The position numbers and the translations under genes are program-made. From Octopus bimaculoides (lineage: Eukaryota), in assembly GCF_001194135.2 (NCBI RefSeq), contig NC_068984.1:35487094-35535924 (forward strand): a stretch of DNA of 48,831 bases, read 5' to 3'. The notes beneath the pieces were generated by a model. It was not told where the DNA came from. It worked only from the letters and a program-made list of their open reading frames with translations, and ran no database searches. Position 1 is the stretch's first letter, and every line of letters starts with the position of its first letter. Positions 1 through 10,649 of this stretch are shown one piece after another.

Positions 1-2453
1 TATATATATATATATATATATATGCATATATATAAGTCGGTGTGTATGTGAGTTTGTCCATCAGTACAGCTGCACTCCCATGCTTGTATGACCTAAAACG
101 AATGATAAAGATAGTTTTAATATAAGTATTAACATAGTTAAGCAGAAAATTACATTTATACACTGAATGTCAATATAGTTCAAAATAGAGAATGTATATA
201 GCATAAATGTTTGACAACAGAATAGATGTTAACATAATGAAAAGTGTAAGTACACGTTATAAGACGTATAAAGACGGCTGTATGATATGGTACTGTTCAA
301 TTCACTTCATTAGATGATAAATGATTTGCGTGCCAAGTGTTTCAAATCGCCTCTAGTTTTTGCATTAAACAAGAGATACTCAGACAATAAACTGAGACTT
401 TCTAACATGAACTCAAAGCATTCTCCAAGCTTCTGAAATTAGAGACGTTTTGCATGTTTTAATGTATTCATAGATGATCCAGGATATTTCAGTAAAATTC
501 AAAACATATTTAAACGCAAGATATTTAGACAGCCCCATCGGTAATGATATGTGCCTGTTTTTTTTTCCGGTTTTGCTTTATTCTTTAATGACTACTTACT
601 GTCAGTACTCTCATATGGCATAAGTCTTTAATAGGACACTTCCAATGAATGTTACATTATTTTTAATAGAAGAGATGTTTTATCAACACGAATAACTGTG
701 TTTATATATGCATCAGTTATATATCATGGTGAATATGTCATTTGGGGATGTGACGAAATTAATGCATAATTTGCGTTATTTTTCAAGTTAGGCAATGTTT
801 TCGATTAAAATATTAATTCTTACTTTAACTCTATGTCATCCAACGCTACTACACCGTGCATATTTGACTTTAAATGAAAATCTGCTACAGCAGAGCAACT
901 CATTTATGTAAGTTGGTACCGAACGTAGTCCATTTCAAGGTATATAATTATTGATATTAGAAACTAAATTACAAAATATTGTGTGGCTGATAATTGGTAC
1001 TCACATATAATGTGATTTCACCGTTTTTATCTAGTATGCTCTATATATCTATATGCCTTTTAGTCTAATGCAATTTCAAAATAAGCTGACTATGCTATGG
1101 ATTAATTCCAACGAACAAACCTATATCAGGAAATGTCTTTATGGCTATTCGCATTATGCAAGTATAAATCCCCATAGCCTTTGCAAATGCCATCTCACAA
1201 GCTTGGAGTTTTTGTATATATTTATTTATTAATGTATTTCCGTATTTACGCTTCTGTGTGTATGATTATGTTAAGACATTGCAAGACTTGCATTGTGGTG
1301 AACTTAAAAATTCATTTGCACGAAATGTACTGATAGGCACATCAAATATCTGACCACGATTCTCTTTCATACAAGTCGAATTAAAAAAAAGAAAAAGCTC
1401 AGCGACTTTCTATCCTGCATAATTATTTTAATATCGTCTTTAATATGGTAATGCTGGTGTCAACGTAAAAAATTGAAAATTTTGTAACAGATTGATAAAA
1501 CCAATAGTGTCGATGAACTTGATAAACTTATTATGGTACTTATCGCTACGTTTTATTAAACAAATCTCTATCTCATGAGCGTAAACGAGATTCGGTTACG
1601 GATGTAAAAAATGTGATTTCGTATCATTCATGAGGCAAAGAGAACTGTGCCTAGGAACGCCTGCAGTTTTCTGAGAAATAATACAGAAATCTGGTTTATC
1701 ACGTGCTCACGCAAATTGAGCTTTTAAGCTCTCGTCAAGACAAAATTAAGACGAAAATGAGATTACTAATATTACTACGAATGTGATGCTGATTGCGAAA
1801 TAAAGAAATACATTCATTGACGCTCTGTTTTTAAGTTTGACCCAGAGAGGAATTCATAAATAACTGGCGAATACAATCAAATATAAAACTAGTAAAGAAG
1901 TCAACATTTTATAATCTCAGTCTTATATTTAATTCCTAAAATTAATATTTTGCAGTTAGAATGGAAGTATCTTAATCATCAAAAATATTAATTACCTAAT
2001 TTCAGGTAACTATGTCACCAGTTGTGATTAGTCTCTGCAATTAATAAGAAATATTCAAATTCGAAGTTTTTACATCAAGACAACACAATTCTTTACACAT
2101 TTGGTCTATAATATTTGGTCTATAATTAGTTTAATAATGGACACTGAGGCAAACTAAAAATAATTATATGGTATGAAAAAATACTAGCGAATAGCTAAGG
2201 ATATTTAAATCAATTAGCAATATATTGGCAACGACTTTACAAAGTAAACTATTTTTCATGCTGATGTTATATTTCGCTTATTTTTCATGACTTATTAATG
2301 GGCAATATATGAAAGGGCTAACCTTTCTTGTCACAAACGTATTCAGCATGTAAAAGTATTAAAGATTATATACAACTACAGATACAATTCTTAAGATCAA
2401 GAATGTTATTTTCCTTATTAATATTCGTCACATATTCAATGAATTTACATTAA

Positions 2454-2800
2454 CAGGAGTAGTCGTGGCTGTGTGGTAAGAAGCTCGCTTCCCAATGACA
2501 TGGTTCCGGCTAGAGTCCCACTGCATATCACCTTACGCAACTGTTTTGTACTATAGCTTCGGGCCGACCAAAGGTTTCTAAGTGGATCTGGCAGACGGAA
2601 ACTGAAAGAAACCCTTCATATATATATGTGTGTATGTATGTGTGTGTGTGTGGGTGTGTGTGTGTGTGTGTGTGTGTGTATGTCTTTGTTTCTATGTCTG
2701 TCCCTTCACCATCACTTGACAACCGATGTTGGTATGTTTTGTTCCCGTATATTAAATGTTTGGCAAAATAGATCGATAGCAAAAGTACTCGCTTACGTTA
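2454..2800 (+). mobile_element. tRNA-derived SINE, family A, with internal (TG)n
   Basis: Head GTGGCTGTGTGGTAAGAAGCTCGCTTCCCAATGACATGGTTCCGG, body CTATAGCTTCGGGCCGACCAAAG...GACGGAAACTGAAAGAAACCC, (TG)n, then CACCATCACTTGACAACCGATGTTGG. Homologous segments occur at 23070, 20110, 17765, 44420 and 44757. Confidence 0.85.
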
Positions 2801-3099
2801 TATATGTAGAAGGTTGAAAAGGAACACACGAGTTGTTATGTATAAGTAAAATATGTCAAGTTAGAAAATGCTAAGGTAATTTTATCATGAAAAACATTTT
2901 AGTAACGGTTTCAGGCATTGAGACTGTGGAAAAATTAAATGAAAAGTTTTTTTTTTAATATATTTCCATAGTATTCAAATACAAGGGGCATTTTCCTTGT
3001 TTCTGCCTGTCTCCGTCTCTCTTTTTTTTTTACTCTTGTAGGTTCATGGGAGTTATGAATTCTTGTGTTTGATTATTTAAGCAACAGTAGTAGAAGTAG

Positions 3100-3446
3100 C
3101 GATGATGATGAAGATGGTCGTTGTCGTGGTGGTGGTAGTGATGTTGGTGCCGGTTATTGTTAATGGTGATGATGGTGATGATGGTGATGATAATGTCGGT
3201 GGAGATGATGGTACACTCCGTTGTTGTTGGTGGTGGTGGCGATGATGATAATGATGATGGTGTTGATAACGGTGGTAGTGATGGCATCGGTGGTGATGGT
3301 GGTGGTGGTGGCGGTTGTGGTGACGATGTTCCCTGCCGGTTGAAGTTGCAGAGTAAATTGTGTAGGTGGTCCTTCATTTGATGCGTGTAGTAGTAGTAGT
3401 AGTAGTAGTAGTAATAGTAGTGGTGGTGGTGGTCGTCGTCGTCGTC
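3100..3446. repeat. compound GGT/GAT/TAG/GTC trinucleotide microsatellite
   Basis: Read directly from the sequence; runs into an assembly gap. Confidence 0.95.
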
Positions 3447-3720
3447 NNNNNNNNNNNNNNNNNNNNNNNNNNNNNNNNNNNNNNNNNNNNNNNNNNNNNN
3501 NNNNNNNNNNNNNNNNNNNNNNNNNNNNNNNNNNNNNNNNNNNNNNNNNNNNNNNNNNNNNNNNNNNNNNNNNNNNNNNNNNNNNNNNNNNNNNNNNNNN
3601 NNNNNNNNNNNNNNNNNNNNNNNNNNNNNNNNNNNNNNNNNNNNNNNNNNNNNNNNNNNNNNNNNNNNNNNNNNNNNNNNNNNNNNNNNNNNNNNNNNNN
3701 NNNNNNNNNNNNNNNNNNNN

Positions 3721-3794
<74 letters not shown>

Positions 3795-3795
3795 C
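3721..3795. repeat. (GATA)n microsatellite
   Basis: Perfect tetranucleotide run. Confidence 0.98.
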
Positions 3796-4431
3796 AGGCA
3801 TGTGTGTATGAATAAATCTTATTCATTAAACATACAGTCAAGGTTACATCTCCACTTGAAATATGATTATATCAAAATACGTATTTTGCATAACAATCAA
3901 AATCTAAGAACCAAAAGTAAATGTAGTTATTTCGTATGAAAAAACGTGTTGCAAGAACACACTATTCTTGAAGCCATGCTATTTCATTTGAAATACGGAG
4001 AAACCTTGTTCTGCAATTTTATACAACATAAAACTCATACGCATACATTAATGCAATTGAGAATTTTTTCTACTTGAATCCATATTCGCATATAATGGCG
4101 CATCAAATGTTTATAACCAAGTTAAAATGACAGAAGTCAGGTGAGGAAATAGGAAATAATGTTTCAAGTTAATTAAATTAAAATAGTCATTATAGTACTG
4201 AAAAATATAACAGATATTTGAATTCGAAGTTCATTATACTTATTTTTTTTTATCTCATTTCCTTTTTTACATTTCTAAATTTGTGATTTTTCAAATATTA
4301 AGTAAACTTTTTGTGATGGATAAATGATTTATGAACGACACCAAGATAGTTATTATATTATCTGACAATTTTCCAAATGAAATAAGAAATTACCATTCTT
4401 CCCTCTCTTCACAAAATCTTATATTTGTACA

Positions 4432-4463
<32 letters not shown>

Positions 4464-4559
4464 GCATAATATACATATCGTAATATAAAGCATATATTGG
4501 TTTTGAAATTTAGCACAAGGCCAGCAATTCTGAGAAAGAATATATGTCGATTGCATGAA

Positions 4560-4700
4560 CTCCGAAGCTCAACTGCAACGCATTTTATCGTCTCCAAAAT
4601 GACGAGATGCGATTTGACTTCAACGGCATTTGAACTAACAATGTAAATTCGGAAATAATACCGCTAAGCATTTTGTCATACCATGCTATGTTGTTCTTTT
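4560..4700 (-). mobile_element. degenerate SINE, family B
   Basis: ATTTGAACTAACAATGTAAA...ATACCGCTAAGCATTTTG matches the family B copies at 31480-32140 and 47941. Confidence 0.55.
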
Positions 4701-6415
4701 CTGCTCTAATGCTGTGTTTACATCTAATAAGTCCTCTTCCCACTCTGTTTCTTGGTACATACAGTCTGTTTGTACCAATTTATGGGTGGAGTGACCCATA
4801 TCTAGTTAGCAACTTCCTTGTCGTTCTGTCTAAGCTGTTTAGTTCGTCTACTGTCCATGCGATTACCCCTGCTCCATATCTAAGGAGTGAAACCGCCCAG
4901 GTTTTGATAGCTTATTCCGTCCGTTTAATTTCGATATAAGGATCAGTTTCAGTTTGCGCAAGTACTCCACCTTAAATGTTTCTGTCATTTCTTTCACCAT
5001 CAGTTTATCCATTTTCAAAATCTCTAAGTACTTATAGCCCGTCTCTTCTATCTGCTTCATAAACTCCTCCGTTGATATCGTTAGCCCATCCATACATTTG
5101 ATTTTCCTCTCTTCAAGACTAACACCCTACGCTTTCTCAGTCCGAACTCCATTCTGATATCAGCACTGAAGGTATACACCGTATCATTGAGTGAACTGAC
5201 TTGGGCTTCATCTTTACCATAAAGTCTGAGTTCATCTATGAATAACAAATTGTTGACTTTTTGTTGGCGGCTTTTGAATACGTACCGAGCGTTTGCTTTC
5301 CTCATAATCAGTGTTAGTGGAATCAAACACAGTACAAAGATCAGTGGGGACCGGCAGTCCCCTTGGAAAATGCCCCACCTAGTTTATTCTGTCCCAAAAC
5401 TTCTTCCAATTCACCATACTTTTTCCAAGCAATCGCTCAACATTCGAGCAGTACCAAATAGGTTCATACACTGCATAATCCAAGAATGAGGGTCACATCG
5501 TACGCCTTGCGATAGTCGATCCATGACATGGCTAAGTTACTTTTCCTCGTTTTGCAGTCTCTGAGTACAGTTGTGTCTATAAGGTGTCGATCCTTGGTAC
5601 CTGTGCAATTACGCTTGCAACCTATATGCTCATGTGGCGGGACTCCATTTTTTTCCAGATGTTCGTACATTGACTCTGCGAGTATTCCAGTCAATGATAT
5701 CCACATAAGTGGCAAACAGGATATCGGCATGTAATTGTCTACTGTATTGCCCTTTTCAATGTTTTTCAGGCACAGTACTGTCCTACCCAATGTCAACCAC
5801 TCTGGTGTTACTTGGTCGGCATTCAACAAGGTGTTGATTTACGCAGCTATTCGTGCATGGAAAATAGCAGCAGAGATAACAATGAAAATACAGTTCTTAC
5901 TAATAAGAGTAATCCAAAAGCACAAGAAAGATGCAGTGGTAGTTTACTTCATGAGAGACATATAGATGATCTAAAAGAAGGCAATAAAACTAATAGCAAC
6001 ATGACAGATGAACAAAAGACAACCTACGACAGAATAAGGGTAAGAATTTTGTTCATCTGTCATGTTGCTATTAGTTTTATTGCCTTCTTTTAGATCATCA
6101 ATATGTCTCTTATCAAGTAAACTACCACTGCTCCTTTCTTGTGGTATGGGATTACTCTTATTAGTAAGAACTGTATTTCAATGTTATCTATGCTATTTTC
6201 CATGACAGGTCTTTTGATAGCTTCGAGTTCTACCTCTGTGAACCAACGATTTTTTTCTTATTGCTGTAGCTTGATCACATAGTCTCTGTTCCGTGAGTTG
6301 AAACAATCTCTTTTCCCTCAAATAATCATACATATGTTGTCGATAACCCCTAATTTGAGCACCGTTTTCATCTACCGGGCTGCTCAGATAGTAACACTCC
6401 ATGGCCACAGCATTA

Positions 6416-6417
<2 letters not shown>
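4700..6417 (-). mobile_element. R4/Dong-clade RLE non-LTR retrotransposon, decayed N-terminal region plus RT, both ends truncated
   Basis: Frameshifted peptides: AMECYYLSSP...GYRQHMY...TEQRLCDQA (R4/Dong N-terminus); [11 protein letters not shown]...[11 protein letters not shown]; GTKDRHLID...[13 protein letters not shown]; NNLLFIDELRLYGK (YxDD-equivalent); IRMEFGLRK; GYKYLEILKMD. The 5' end abuts (TAA)n. Confidence 0.9.

Positions 6418-6485
<68 letters not shown>
6418..6485. repeat. (TTA)n microsatellite, (TAA)n on the minus strand
   Basis: Perfect run between the Dong fragment and the tRNA-like head. Confidence 0.98.
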
Positions 6486-6489
<4 letters not shown>

Positions 6490-6560
6490 TCACTGCATGG
6501 AATCGAACTCGGAATCTTGAGGTTAGTAGCCCGCGCTCTTAACCACTATGCCATATGCCC
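6486..6560 (-). promoter_or_regulatory. tRNA-derived Pol III head (A box + B box), not a functional tRNA
   Basis: Minus strand GGGCATATGGCATAGTGGTTAAGAGCGCGGGCTACTAACCTCAAGATTCCGAGTTCGATTCCATGCAGTGACCTGA. A box TGGCATAGTGG, B box GAGTTCGATTCC. Acceptor and T stems pair poorly. Confidence 0.8.
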
Positions 6561-6748
6561 GTGGGAAATTATGGAGTGAATTTTAGGTCTGTGACACGAG
6601 GTAATATTGATAAATTTGGTATAGCTGATTATGTATGGAAGACACAGCACATATGCTAGGGTATAATAACCCGCTAAGCAGACCTAGTGCAGATATGTGT
6701 AGCATATGTGAACCGGTATTAAGGATGGATATGAAAATATTACATTTA

Positions 6749-6790
6749 TAAGCCCTAAAATTCCGAGTTCGATTCCTGGTAGTGACCTAA

Positions 6791-6791
<1 letters not shown>
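6749..6791 (+). promoter_or_regulatory. 5'-truncated second copy of the tRNA-like head (B-box half), inverted relative to 6486-6560
   Basis: AAATTCCGAGTTCGATTCCTGGTAGTGACCTAAG versus AGATTCCGAGTTCGATTCCATGCAGTGACCTGAA; both are followed by (TAA)n. Confidence 0.8.

Positions 6792-6851
<60 letters not shown>
6792..6851. repeat. (TAA)n microsatellite
   Basis: Perfect run. Confidence 0.98.
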
Positions 6852-6854
<3 letters not shown>

Positions 6855-7865
6855 TGGCAAGAAAAGCCCCTACATAGTAAATACTGGGCTAAACTAAATN
6901 NNNNNNNNNNNNNNNNNNNNNNNNNNNNNNNNNNNNNNNNNNNNNNNNNNNNNNNNNNNNNNNNNNNNNNNNNNNNNNNNNNNNNNNNNNNNNNNNNNNN
7001 NNNNNNNNNNNNNNNNNNNNNNNNNNNNNNNNNNNNNNNNNNNNNNNNNNNNNNNNNNNNNNNNNNNNNNNNNNNNNNNNNNNNNNNNNNNNNNNNNNNN
7101 NNNNNNNNNNNNNNNNNNNNNNNNNNNNNNNNNNNNNNNNNNNNNNNNNNNNNNNNNNNNNNNNNNNNNNNNNNNNNNNNNNNNNNNNNNNNNNNNNNNN
7201 NNNNNNNNNNNNNNNNNNNNNNNNNNNNNNNNNNNNNNNNNNNNNNNNNNNNNNNNNNNNNNNNNNNNNNNNNNNNNNNNNNNNNNNNNNNNNNNNNNNN
7301 NNNNNNNNNNNNNNNNNNNNNNNNNNNNNNNNNNNNNNNNNNNNNNNNNNNNNNNNNNNNNNNNNNNNNNNNNNNNNNNNNNNNNNNNNNNNNNNNNNNN
7401 NNNNNNNNNNNNNNNNNNNNNNNNNNNNNNNNNNNNNNNNNNNNNNNNNNNNNNNNNNNNNNNNNNNNNNNNNNNNNNNNNNNNNNNNNNNNNNNNNNNN
7501 NNNNNNNNNNNNNNNNNNNNNNNNNNNNNNNNNNNNNNNNNNNNNNNNNNNNNNNNNNNNNNNNNNNNNNNNNNNNNNNNNNNNNNNNNNNNNNNNNNNN
7601 NNNNNNNNNNNNNNNNNNNNNATAGTAGGTGCCTTAGGTATAATAAAAAAATATTCAGACAAATACATAACAAAAACACCAGGACTTACAAATATATATA
7701 ACATACAGAAAATTGCACTACTGGGTACTGTACACATTCTACGCAAAACACTTTCAATACAGTAAACATAAGAGCACTACAGCAAACCACAGCACATACC
7801 CAAGGCGCACAGAGCTGCGCTCGGTAGTGAAGTGAAAGCACGTTATAAAAATAAAACTACTGAAC
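6852..7865 (+). mobile_element. 5'-truncated R4/Dong retrotransposon spanning an assembly gap, flanked by (TAA)n on both sides
   Basis: Before the gap: WQEKPLHSKYWAKLN. After the gap: IVGALGIIKKYSDKYITKTPGLTNIYNIQKIALLGTVHILRKTLSIQ*, a 3' UTR and (TAA)n at 7866-7879. Roughly 90% identical to 48552-48800 by manual count. Confidence 0.88.
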
Positions 7866-7927
7866 AATAATAATAATAACATCAGAAAACTAACTTAGGT
7901 TCGAACTCGGGTTCGAAATTCCCCCAG

Positions 7928-7973
7928 GACACCTGATGAAGGCTGGAGAGTACATCAGCCGAAGCGTTGTGTT
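7928..7973 (+). ncRNA. minimal type I hammerhead ribozyme motif (Penelope-type), A15.1 changed to G
   Basis: GACAC-CTGATGA-A-GGCTG(gagagtacat)CAGCC-GAAG-CG-TT-GTGTT. Stem I GACAC/GTGTT, stem II GGCTG/CAGCC, GUU cleavage triplet. Core GAAA reads GAAG. Confidence 0.7.
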
Positions 7974-9391
7974 AACAGACACGATGAAGAGATATATCCG
8001 TCAAATGTAAATAGTGTAAATAATATCCATCTAAGATATTGTGTTGTATGAAAATAATAGTATCTAATTGCTTCTCTGCACTTCATGTTTCCACGTAGAT
8101 ATGTAGTTAAACTGTCATGTAATCGTCATATTTGAATCGGCATGTGTTTAGTAGAGTTGACTCAAGTAAAATCGGCTTTTTGAAATATATAAAGATAGCA
8201 CACTTGTCAAAATTACGAGTATGACAGAGATCTTGTATGAGTTACTTGAAATTTACTTCAATGAAAGAAGGAAATCATAATTTATCACTATTTCGCTGAT
8301 GTTCTTTTATTGGACTATAAACTAAAAAGCATCGTGTATTGAATTTTTGCGTAAATGCGTATAGGTATCAAGGTTTATTTCGTTGTAAATTATTAAACTT
8401 AAAATTGTCCTAACATGTCAGTTTGATGCACTATAAACACGACAGAAAATATAAATGTTGGAGTGGTATACAGATTGTAGTTCCAATTTTTATATTCTAA
8501 TATGAAATCTGTCACGTATTTTGAAAAAAACTAAGTGAAGGATGTTCTACTGACGGACGCCAGCCTTCATTCGTCACTTGACAATAAATACCATTAATAC
8601 TTCAGACTATATTGATTGATTTCCTCAATTCATTTTAAGATCCATGACAATTGTTTTCATTTTATGACATTTCTCCAGATAATATCAAAATCATATACTT
8701 GGCCTACGTACAATAATCTGAAACGATATCATTTAACTATTCAAACTTTTATATTGAAACATCTATTTAATTTGTGTCATCATACATTTATAATCTGAGA
8801 TAATATACTACAATAAATTGCGTTACCTTGTCATAAAGATGTAATTTTACTCGATAAATATAGAACTAGCGAGGCCGTTCCAATATGAAATATAATCTCA
8901 ATTGGTTTTGTTAATTTTCTGTAGATTATAGTTTGCTGATTGATGAGCTGTGTACGCTTTATTGTAATTCTACTTTGATATGCTTGTTGTTCATAAATCA
9001 TCATGTATAATTTCGGCATGCGTGGCGGTTTTCTACTAAACGATGGATATTTTTATACAAAATTCAATTATAAATTACGTGGCGATGTTTGTATTCTCAA
9101 TGATTAATATTGCTTTATATATTAGTAAGGCTATTCCGAAAGTGACACTGAACTTATTCAGTTTCCAACGAAGTTTCATTATCTTTCATTTTTCATTGAA
9201 AATAATTTCATCTCTTAAACGATCATTCACAAACAATTAGGAAACACACATCACAAAAATCTGCACGTATTTAAACGATTACTATTAAAGATAAGTCTGC
9301 AACTCCTCCACACTCTCAGCTGAAAAATCTTAAAGTTGACCCTTCAGAATGTATAGCATATTACATTAAACGTCGAGTATATTCCAGATTT

Positions 9392-9610
9392 AAGGCGGTG
9401 AGCTAGCAGAAGAGTACGTGCACCGGGCAAAAAACTTAGCGGCATTTCGTCCGCCTTTAACTTCCTCCTGATTTCAAATTGCACCGAGGTCGATTTTACC
9501 TTTCATTCTTTAGGGATCAATAATATAAGTACCAGTTGAATACGTGATTCGCTGTCATCGACTTAGCCCCTACTCCGAAGTGGCTGACTTTGTGCCAAAA
9601 TTTGAAACCA
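9392..9610 (+). mobile_element. tRNA-derived SINE, family B
   Basis: AAGGCGGTGAGCTAGCAGAA...CTTAGCGGCATTTCGTCC...TTCAAATT...CGAGGTCGATTTTACCTTTCATTCTTTAGGGATCAATAATATAAGTACCAG...GTGCCAAAATTTGAAACC. Confidence 0.85.
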
Positions 9611-10268
9611 ATAATTTGCTTCTCGCAAAACGTATAATATTCATCTTAGAAACTGAACGTTACATCTTCTGACTCAATCCGAGAAATAAATAATCGTATC
9701 TCTTTCCATTCATAAGCTCTCAGAAAAATAGGTTAAACACATAATACCTTTATGTGCGTATGTGTGTGTTATGTGCGCGCGCGCATTTCTGCATTTATGT
9801 ATGTATGCATATTTGTACTATGCACGTACGTATGCTTGTTAATCATTTTTATGAAAAATAACTGTTTTATAGATACAAGTGTTCAATTTGGTTTCTTTGG
9901 CAAGAGGATAATTTGGGAGTGGCTGAAATGTTATTTCTTATTTTGAATCTATATGCGTGTGTATGTGAGGAGGTATATGCTTGTGTCTAAATATATAATT
10001 GTCTGTGCGTATGTATGTATGTATGTATATGTGTTTGTGTGTTGTGATTTTTGGGTAACTTGGCTAGTGAGAGAAAGGGGGAAAAACAGACAGTGAGAAA
10101 GAAGAACAAAGGCAGAAGGTAGGAATGAAAGAAACAAACAAACAAACAAGCAACCAAACTATACTTAAGTACCATATTCAACTTGAATCTAGATTATATA
10201 TATATAATCAATTTTTATATATATATAATCAATTTTTTTTCTCCGTGTTTTTCTCCTTGTCTCCGTAT

Positions 10269-10305
10269 TCTTTCTGTTGAAGAGCGTAGCTCGAAACGTC
10301 AAAGA
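10269..10305 (+). ncRNA. 37-nt minimal hammerhead ribozyme motif with palindromic stem III
   Basis: TCTTT-CTGTTGA-A-GAGC(gta)GCTC-GAAA-CGTC-AAAGA. Perfect 5-bp stem I, 4-bp stem II, ACGT palindrome, GUC triplet. One core deviation (A6 to U). Confidence 0.75.
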
Positions 10306-10649
10306 CTTTCCGTATTCCCGAGCGTCATACTAATATATACTTTTGTTATTTACACCACCTGTCCTCGTCTGTTGTTATTTTTTGTATATTCTCCCANNNN
10401 NNNNNNNNNNNNNNNNNNNNNNNNNNNNNNNNNNNNNNNNNNNNNNNNNNNNNNNNNNNNNNNNNNNNNNNNNNNNNNNNNNNNNNNNNNNNNNNNNNNN
10501 NNNNNNNNNNNNNNNNNATATATATATATATATATATATATACATAAATACATACATATTTTATATATATTTATACACACAGAGACACACAGACAGGCAG
10601 ATACACACATATGCACATATATATTTATATTTATTTGAATGTTTTTTTG

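Noticed and set aside
3030-3841. Pro/His/Gly-rich ORFs
   Set aside because: Translations of trinucleotide and GATA microsatellites and of an N-gap.
6486-6560. tRNA gene (apparent ACT anticodon loop)
   Set aside because: Acceptor, anticodon and T stems pair poorly, and it is followed by (TAA)n and duplicated in inverted form. It is a retroelement head, not a functional tRNA.
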